A stretch of 64,000 nt of DNA from Octopus vulgaris (taxonomy: Eukaryota): contig OX597838.1 in the NCBI GenBank assembly GCA_951406725.2, positions 620,001 to 684,000 on the forward strand. The letters run 5' to 3'. Shown here piece by piece: positions 54,597-64,000 of this stretch (its first letter is position 1; each line of letters opens with the position of its first letter). A program made the position numbers and the translations under genes. Under the pieces are notes generated by a model, which did no database searches, was not told where the DNA came from, and saw only the letters and a list, made by a program, of their open reading frames with translations.

Positions 54597-55755
54597 GCTT
54601 CTTACTAAGTTGTTATGTTTTCTGCATTGATAAAAAACCCATCAATTTTTATTAGATGTGTACGTTTATGTGGCTATGCGTGTGTGGGTCTATGTATATA
54701 TGCAATGGTACAAGTCTATGTGTGAATAAGTGTACATGTGTACGAGTGTGAGAATGAGTGTGTATGTGTGTGTATGAGTGAACATGTGTACGTGTGTGAG
54801 CATGAGTGTAAATGTGTGTGTATGAGTGTGTATGGGTGTATGTAATGTGTGCCATTATTTCCAGCTCACTCAAACAGTCCAGCCGACAGACGCCATATTG
54901 CAATATGGTGGTCGTGAATCGTCAGCAACAGACGATATCAACTGAAGAAATCAGACGACATACGCCACATCCATCTCTCATAAATACCTCTGTTTTCAAC
55001 AATAAATATATACACACGCATACATGTAACAATCATACACACACACTCACACACATTCAGTATTTCATATATACAATATATATATTGTGTGTATGTGCGT
55101 GCGCGCGTGCACACACACACACATGCACACACACATACGTGCACACACACACACACGCACACACACACACACACACACATATATATACATATAACATTGT
55201 TGGCAACACATTTATACATACTTTGTAATATATGTGTGTGTGTGTGTGTGTGTGTGCGTGTGTGTGCGTGCGCGTGTGTCTGTAGGGTCGAATCTGGTGT
55301 GTATTTGATATAGTTAGGTGAGTGGGACAAGTAGCAATTGTTTGCGCATGCGTTATTCTTAATTACAGCAATAATAATCAAGTTACATGTTCATGTTAAT
55401 GTTTTGTCTGTTTCTTCCATCAAAGTTTATTGCTGATCCATTACACAACTGCTCCCTCGCCCCCTCCCCCCCAGGTTATCTAAATGTAACACCGACCACC
55501 GTCAGCTGCACCATCGCCACCAGCATCATCAAAGTTACCACAACATAAACAACAACAACAATAACGACTATCAGAATATTCACCACACAACTACCACCAC
55601 GACAACAATCACAATAACAACAGCCGAAACAGTCAGATAATCTCTGACAGAGGTGGGGGTGGAATAAACCGAGTAAACCAACCCCAGTATATGACTGGTA
55701 CTTTATTTTATAGACATCGAAAACATAGCAGGCAAAGTTAAATATATAATTAAAA

Positions 55756-55831
<76 letters not shown>

Positions 55832-55864
55832 GGAGAGGGAGAAAGAGAGAGAGTGTGTAAATTA

Positions 55865-56015
55865 AAAATCAGAGAATAAGAAAAAGAAAAAATCAGAACT
55901 TGTGGACGTAGAACAAGCAACGAAGTAATAAGACGCTCAGAGAAGGAAAAAGAGTAGTAGTTTTACGTTCCGAGCATAACTCTTCTTCGAAACAGGTAAA
56001 ACAGGAAAGTTCAAG
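55865..56015 (-). mobile_element. Diverged family C-like element
   Basis: Minus strand GAAGAAGAGTTATGCTCGGAACGTAAAAC...TCTGAGCGTC. Confidence 0.45.
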
Positions 56016-56725
56016 ACGAATATTTTCTATTTACTATTTAAATATCAAATATTGTTTCTTCACCTTTGTTATTTGTTTTGATTGTTCTCTCTATTAATCA
56101 AGTATTAATTTCTATTAACCTAACTTTCCCGGTCTAAATTATGCTGCATATCCCTCCACTTTGAAATCGTGAGATCGTGCTTTGAGGAAGATTTGACTGC
56201 AATTTTTAGACGGCCCAGTAACGACATAGGGTTTCCTCAGTAAGGCACTTGACGGTGGACGTGTAAGTAGCAGTGGTGGTGGTGGTAGTGGCGGCGGCGG
56301 TCACCTATGATCTCCATCATATAATGAAAGGATGGGGAAACAAGCATTTATGACTGACATTTCTCCTAGGGGAAGTGGTGACTCTCATACCTTTCCTCCC
56401 GAGGAATTATGAGATATCAAATGTAAGCTTAAAATCTCTCACTTGCAGTAATTCTTTCCACAATGTAGCAACAAAAATAAATATATCGACTTTTAAGCCA
56501 TGATGAAGGACCCAGGAGGGGGATTAACAGGCTTTATGGCTAGGAATGTGACTGACGCAAAAGTGAATGCAAAACCCCAGAATTCGGTCAAGTTATAGAT
56601 CGGGCGTTGAAGACGAATCTTTACGCAATGGGAACACAATGCAACAAGACCACATAATCGTGCCCCAGTATATAACTGGTATTCCCTCACGGCGACTGGT
56701 ATACACACATAATAAATACAAGTTA

Positions 56726-56791
<66 letters not shown>

Positions 56792-57110
56792 TATGTGTGT
56801 GTATGTATGTATGTATTTATGTATGTATATATGTATGTATGTATGTATGTATATCCACGCACACACTTCAAAACAAACATTTTATCGTTAGGCAATTATC
56901 TCCACTCTTTCCTGTTTTTGTTTCTCAATCTCCCTCACCCTCCATGTGTAGGGATTCCCTTTTAGGGGTCAGTTTTGATTTATGTAACAATAAAGCACAC
57001 ACACACACATGTATTCAAACATTTGTACACACACACACACATATATATGTATACATATACATACATATATATATACATGTATATATATGTATATATACAT
57101 ATGTATGTAT

Positions 57111-57151
<41 letters not shown>

Positions 57152-57223
57152 TCTATGAATATTTGTATATATGTCTACATCAATGTGTATGTCTCTGTAC
57201 ATGTATGTGTAAACACACACACA

Positions 57224-57272
<49 letters not shown>

Positions 57273-57664
57273 GTTGCACTAATTACACGCAAAAGACAAT
57301 TTATAATCCACCGGGCACGTGTTGGCCCGTGCGTAATTGTGTGTGTTTGAGTGAGTGAGTGAGTGAGTGTGTGTTGTATATGTGTGTTCAGGGACCATTT
57401 TGTGTCAGTGCGGTCGGGGGTGGGGGTGGCAGTGACATATCATCGTCGTTATCGTTGGACAAGAGGGCGCCACTGTATAATGTTTGAAAAAACAGTGCAA
57501 TGACGTACATTATGTGTGTGTATATATCTATAAGTATGCGTGTGTATACGTCTGCGTGTATGCGTGTGTGTATATGAATATATGCATCTTTCATACGTAT
57601 GTGTATGTATGCGTTTGAGATTGTATTTATGCACGCATGCATATGCAAGTGCACGTGTCAGTAT

Positions 57665-57705
<41 letters not shown>

Positions 57706-58203
57706 TATGTGGCTGAGGGTGGGGGACGAAGTGAGATAAGGGAGGAAGAGGGACGAGCGTGAGGAGAAAGGGGAGTGTGTAGGGTGGTAGTGACAGGCAA
57801 TTAAGCAAAACGAGAGAGGAGACAAAGAGAGGAGGCGTTGGGGGTGGAGGTGGTGGCGAGATGAAAACATTTTCATCTTCAGATCCAAAGACCTATCTCT
57901 ATAAGAGAGATTAATAGGAAACATTGGGGTGGAGAGATGGGATAGGGCAGAGGGGTGCGGCGAAGAGGGTGGCATAGTAATAGAATGATAACTGATAGAT
58001 ACATATATGTGTATATAAGCATGCATATATATATATATATGTATATATGTACGTATATATATATATGTATATAAGTATATATATATATGTATGTATACAT
58101 ATACATACGTATATACGTGTATATGTATATATGTTTATATATACATATATACATATGAATATGTATACGTGTGTATAAATCTATATATATGTTTAAATAT
58201 ATA

Positions 58204-58334
<131 letters not shown>

Positions 58335-58450
58335 TTATTTCTGCATATATGTATGTATATATATATGTATATATATTTGTGTATGTGTGTGTGTATCTGA
58401 TACCAATCAGAGATAGTATATTTGATTCATTTTTGTTTGAGTCAGCTGGT

Positions 58451-58606
<156 letters not shown>

Positions 58607-58970
58607 ACTATCTATTTCTGTCTGTCTGTCTCTACGTCCATCTCTCCATATCTCTGTGTATTGATTGTCTGCAATGTGTCTGCATTATTAAACTGGCATC
58701 ATTAAACCGCCAACCCTGTTCAGTGTAAACTCCAAGGCGGCTTCACTAAGTGGACGGCACAGTGGTCACGTGTCCATAGCCGTTTGGTCAATAACTTTCA
58801 CAGATTATCTCCCTTTTAATATCAAAAATCATCGACAGAAACTTCATTTGGGAATCACGTCAGGATTCTCAGAAAACATCGTTTTTATCGATCGCTTCCA
58901 CTACTCAGAGTATTTACCATTTTGTGCTGTAAGTGACCCCACTACATCAAGGGTGGGAGAAAGAGAGAGG

Positions 58971-59001
<31 letters not shown>

Positions 59002-59342
59002 AGAGACAGAGAGACATATAGATGCAGAAAGACAGACAGATAGATAGTTGTTGCTATTTACACAAAGAATATCAAATAATCGATGGAAAACTTGTTCACA
59101 ATATTTTCTTAGGTAGCAAACATTCGAGAAAATATTCCTCCTTTTCCCTGTCCCATTTTGGACACATGGAACCGTCCAGGTCATAACTAAAACGGCTGCG
59201 CCATTCGAATTGCTTCTCCTCACTGAAGTTGCAACAGCAGTTCCAGGAAAAACACTCAAAGAAACCCTTTCATATCATAATATTTCAATTTCAAAAATAT
59301 ATTTCGGAGTAATATTCTTGCATGTATGTTAGAATATATATA

Positions 59343-59404
<62 letters not shown>

Positions 59405-59619
59405 TGTGTGTGTAAGAAAAGGAAATTCACGAATAAAGAGTCTTGGGAATTTCATTTTCTTCGATATGTTCATAAACTGTCCCAAAACAATTTCTGAAGT
59501 AAATCCAGCGGGATATACCTCCACACTGTTGATAACACCAGGTAGCCGCATACTGTGAACGGGCTTTAAAGGGCACATTGCAACGTGTATACCTGAATGT
59601 AATATTAATAGTTTGATAT

Positions 59620-59785
59620 ATTTATTTTTTGTCTCTGTTTATTTCCTCGTGTTCCTTTCTGTTGAAGAGCGTAGGCTCGAAACGTAAACGTTTTTCACCT
59701 CCCCGAGCGTTAAACTAATACACCAGCTTGTTGTTTATACACCTGTTTTCGTCTTTTGTTTTTCTGTAAATTTCAACTATATATA
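59620..59785 (+). mobile_element. Family C element with hammerhead-like motif
   Basis: CCTTT CTGTTGA A GAGC-GTAG-GCTC GAAAC GTA (59654-59686); ends AACTATATATATA. Confidence 0.7.
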
Positions 59786-59933
59786 TATTATTTTTACAGG
59801 TTAGGGTTGTTGTTAACGGTCAATGTATCAGTTACTTCTTATTTTTCTCAGATTCCACTGGTATTTTCAATGAAATATGGACGTATCTCTGGCAATACAA
59901 GATTTTGTTGTTATAATAATAATAATAATAATA

Positions 59934-59971
<38 letters not shown>

Positions 59972-60019
59972 AATAATATTAATAATTAGAAGAAGAAGAG
60001 CTACAACAACAACACGTAT

Positions 60020-60205
60020 AAAACATTCCACGAATAAATGGCAGACAGTACAACAGTTCCAGACAAAAGAGGGACTCATAAAAACCAAAGCTATCACCAT
60101 TAGAAGAGGAACACTCCAGAGAGACACACTCTCTCCATTCCTCTTCCGCTTGGGACTGACACCTTTATCTGACATGCTGAACAGAACTGGATGTGGATAC
60201 AACTG
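60020..60205 (+). mobile_element. R4/Dong-like reverse transcriptase fragment
   Basis: KW.T......G...T.AITIRRGTLQRDTLSPFLFRLGLTPLSDMLNRTGCGY corresponds to RT motif I.RGIFQGD.LSPL.F..AL.PLS..L...GY; adjacent to (AAT)n/(GAT)n. Confidence 0.8.
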
Positions 60206-60853
60206 TTATGCCTCAGCTTTCGCTGTAGTCGTCGGCCTTACGCTACTTCTCGGATGTCTGTAGTTCATGAATGGATTTTAACCTATATCTTCTTTAGAAG
60301 TTGTGGTATTGGTGAAAATTGCCCCTGTGTGATGTTATAAACGGCAGGTAATTCCTTTTTTAACACTGAACAGAAGAAAATCTGTCACTTAACCTACCGT
60401 TGAAGCGAAATTAATATGGCGTCCTTCACTGGAAAATATAATGAAATAACTTAAGAATTGAACGTACCTTGAACGTCAGTGGTTTTGTACGTAAGAATTA
60501 TATGTTGCACTTTAGCAATTCTAGTTCCAGGTTACTATGTACACATCCCCTAAGCAAGATTCCTAATGGCAATCGGAGAGGTAGATGTAAATAGGTTTTC
60601 ATAAGGTTCCATTTTTGAAGTTCAAATTAATAAACGAAGAAATTGATAGCCTATTAAGAAATCTCTTATAAACAATAATTGATTACAGAAATCAATAATA
60701 TAAATCAATATTATTTACTGCCAGATATCAATATTATTTTAAACCAGTTTTCAATACGTTTTAATTTTTTGAATTTTGCTTTTATTTACAAATATTCATT
60801 TTCCGAAATATCAATAAAATAAAATTTCCAAATAATGTCACACCACCACCACC

Positions 60854-60936
<83 letters not shown>

Positions 60937-62689
60937 AGTCATCATCACCGTCATTGTCGCCACCATCACTACTACCAACACCACCACCATCACCACCACC
61001 GTCGCCACCGTTCCTCCTACTCTACCATATCCTTTCTTTAACTGTAAGGAAGGGAACAATTTTAGTCCCTATTTTCCTTACAATATGACCCCCACGCCAC
61101 CTATAAACGAGCGCCTATAACTAAAATGTCTCGCATCGTTTCTGACCGTCTTCCTTCGTCTCTCTGATTACGTCACATTAACTTCTCGGCTCTGGTCTAT
61201 ATTTCGTTGTTGTTGTTGCTGATGTTGCTGTGCGGCTGCTGCTGCTGCTGCTGCTGGGTGATGAGGATGCTGTTGTTATTGTCGTTGATGCTGCTTCTTT
61301 GCCTTCTGTGGCCGTCGATGTGGATAATGATGATGATAAGGATGAAGAGGACAAGAAAAAGGAGGAAGAAGAAGACGAACAGGAGGATGAGGAGGATGAC
61401 ATTCCTGTCCTTGATATTTAGGTCCATCTTGGCTCTGATCCACCAGGATGAAGATCAAAGAGGTTCTCGTTGTGACCCTCTCGTCTTTTATTCATTCATT
61501 TTGCATTTACGACTCGCTTCTTGAGTCATTAAAGTGTTGTAATTGCAGGGAAATTTGGCTGCTATTTCTACGAGGCCAAGGGAGCACATATAGGGTCACT
61601 CGTTGGCTCGTATATCATATCTAATACGTGTGTTTACACACTTTTATATTAAGTGACATGGAATATTACGAATCGTTTCGGCGTTTACGTCATAATTATG
61701 TAATTAACTCATCAGGAACACAAGCTCGATGTTCGAGCAAGTTCAACTGACTACCATTTCCACTCAAAACTGCTGAATCGGTTCTATTGTACTAAGATGG
61801 CGTTGAATGCTCTTTGTCTCTTATACATGACAATTACGCCTACAAACACCGCACCAATTTATATATGTGTGTGTGTGCATTTATAGCATGCAACGTATAT
61901 TATGTGTGGTTAATGTGTTGGTGTATCTGAGGCAACAAGGGTGGATTTTAGTATAACAAGGTAACTGCATTCGTAGGAGGAAGATGAGAAAAAATAAAAT
62001 AAAGTAAAACAATAGAGGTACACTTTATTAGGAAGCAAGCCCCTAACCCAAGCCGCCGTAACAAGCTGGATGCATGGAAACACGTCAACTGCTTCCAGGA
62101 TCTTTAATCATGAATGAGCGAAAAACTAATCCTCAACAGGAAAGAGCAGAAAATAAGAATTAAAAAAGATTGATGAAGAATTATCGATTCGAAAATGATC
62201 ACTAAATAAGCTCCAACACCCAGCAGCGAGGTTCACTTCAGTTCATACATTACATGGAGGGGTAAACTATCTGTCTTTCTATTGATCTATCGATCTGTCT
62301 GTCTGCCTATCTAGTTATAGAATCACCAATCTGCCTGTCTACCCGTTTATTTATTTACCTACCTCTCTACGAATATTAATCCTTAAACCTTTAAAGCTAT
62401 TATATCCGTGAACTTTTAAAAAACCTGTTTTAAAAAAATCAAACCCCTTTGTACCCGACTACCATTTATTGAACTTTATCCTGTTTTAATTATTTTATTT
62501 AATTTTTATTGTATTTTCTCTTATCCCTCCCCACCCACCACCACTACCACCACCACCCATTCTACTAACAGTGTTACCCAGTTATCTTATTACAATTATG
62601 CCTAGTATATCTAGCATATTATATTTAGCATATCTAGAGCGTGATAATTTGCATCTCTTGTCTATGTGTATGTAGAGTGTGTCATAAAT

Positions 62690-62873
62690 AGTATGCCGCT
62701 AGCCACTACACATTCTTTATTTTCTCTCCTTGTTTCTTTCTGTGTTCCTTTCTTTGGAAGAGCGGAGGCTCGAAACGTTAAAGACTTTTTCACTTCCCGA
62801 GTGCTATACTAATACATCTGTTTGTTGTCTACACCACCTGTCTTCGTCTTTTTTTTTTTTTTCGTGAATTCTA

Positions 62874-62878
<5 letters not shown>
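62690..62878 (+). mobile_element. Family C element (hammerhead core mutated)
   Basis: CCTTT CTTTGGA A GAGC-GGAG-GCTC GAAAC GTT AAAGAC...; runs directly into (TA)n. Confidence 0.7.
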
Positions 62879-62936
<58 letters not shown>

Positions 62937-63369
62937 ATAGGTACTTGCTGTTTGACTTGAGGTTAGCTGCGTTGTTCAGGATTCATATCATTAAAGATTA
63001 AAGACACGCCATATATAACCAGTCCATCTTTCATTCGAGCACAGACTACCAAGGACTAAATTATCCAGTGAGACATTTTTTGTAGGGTGACAAAGTAGAT
63101 GGTTGATGGAGATTTGGCTGCTACTTCTAGTAGGTCAGGTGATCACTATGACTGGTCTCTACCTCACAAATACCAAAATATGAAGCCATTATGAGAAATG
63201 TTTGTTTGTTACTTGACATAATTAAGGTCATCGAGTACATTCTGTGAAGTATTTAGTCAGTGTTGGTCATGTGGATCAAACTGTTGACAATCTAAAATGA
63301 AAGCCTCACGTTAAACATATTTCCACTCCCAACATCACAATGTGAGCAATTTAAACGGAAAGACACACT

Positions 63370-63400
<31 letters not shown>

Positions 63401-63497
63401 ACACACACATACACACACATACACACACATACACACACACAAACACGCTCACACGCACACATACGCGTGCACACACACATTTACACACACACTTATA

Positions 63498-63655
63498 GGC
63501 ACAGCAGTGACTGTGTGGTATAAAACATGCTTTCCGACCACATTGTTCCGGGTTCAGTCTCTCTGCGTGGCACCTCGGGCAGATGTCTTTTACTATAGCC
63601 TCGGGCAGACCATACCCTTCTGAATGGATTTGTTGACGGAAACTGAAAGAAGCCT
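63498..63655 (+). mobile_element. SINE family A 5' half
   Basis: GGCACAGCAGTGACTGTGTGGT...TTCCGGGTTCAGTCTCTCTGCGTGGCACCTCGGGCAG...ACGGAAACTGAAAGAAGCC. Confidence 0.85.
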
Positions 63656-64000
63656 ATATATACTCTGTGGAGTACGTCAAAAATATAATTTGCCGAACTG
63701 CACGGCAAATATCAACACGAGGTTGGAGAGAGGCGAACAGTTCGGCCGATTATATTTACAGTTACATTCAAATGCCCTCGTTCCCTTTGCGGATCTATAT
63801 CTAGCGTAAGAGCGTCCACATAGTGGATTCTCTCATAGTTTTGTATTAATAATATTTACTGAATCCCAGTCTTTTATACGCTAAGCCACTTGGTGTTTGA
63901 ATTGGTGTTATTGAATTAATATCCAATTTTTTCACCCTTATTTTTACTTTAATTATAAATTAATATGTTCTCAAACTGGCAGTAAATTACTTATGGAGTA

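Noticed and set aside
60835-61041. Poly-histidine protein ORF
   Set aside because: It is a pure (CAC)n(CAT)n microsatellite with no supporting gene structure.

Overview
Eukaryotic, AT-rich, extremely microsatellite-rich genomic DNA with (TA)n, (CA)n, (TACA)n, (TAGA)n, (AAT)n and (CAT)n runs. The repeat content (two abundant tRNA-derived SINE families, Penelope-like and R4/Dong-like fragments) resembles an octopus/coleoid cephalopod genome; this is inference, not a database result. I could not identify any intact, nameable host protein-coding gene, and almost all listed ORFs are microsatellite translations. Recognisable content is decayed mobile DNA: a maT (DD37D) transposase fragment, a mariner 3'-end foldback, a CR1-like LINE RT C-terminus, Penelope-like GIY-YIG fragments, R4/Dong-like RT and RLE fragments, two non-autonomous Helitrons, a Helitron ORF relic and many SINE copies. 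Two signals stand out. First, about a dozen type I hammerhead-ribozyme-like motifs from several short element families, mostly next to (TA)n runs, including two inverted pairs and a family with a consistent non-canonical core. Second, a TATA+Inr promoter on the minus strand near 11236 that heads a roughly 11 kb SINE-free, apparently non-coding region. Repeat boundaries are approximate and read by eye.
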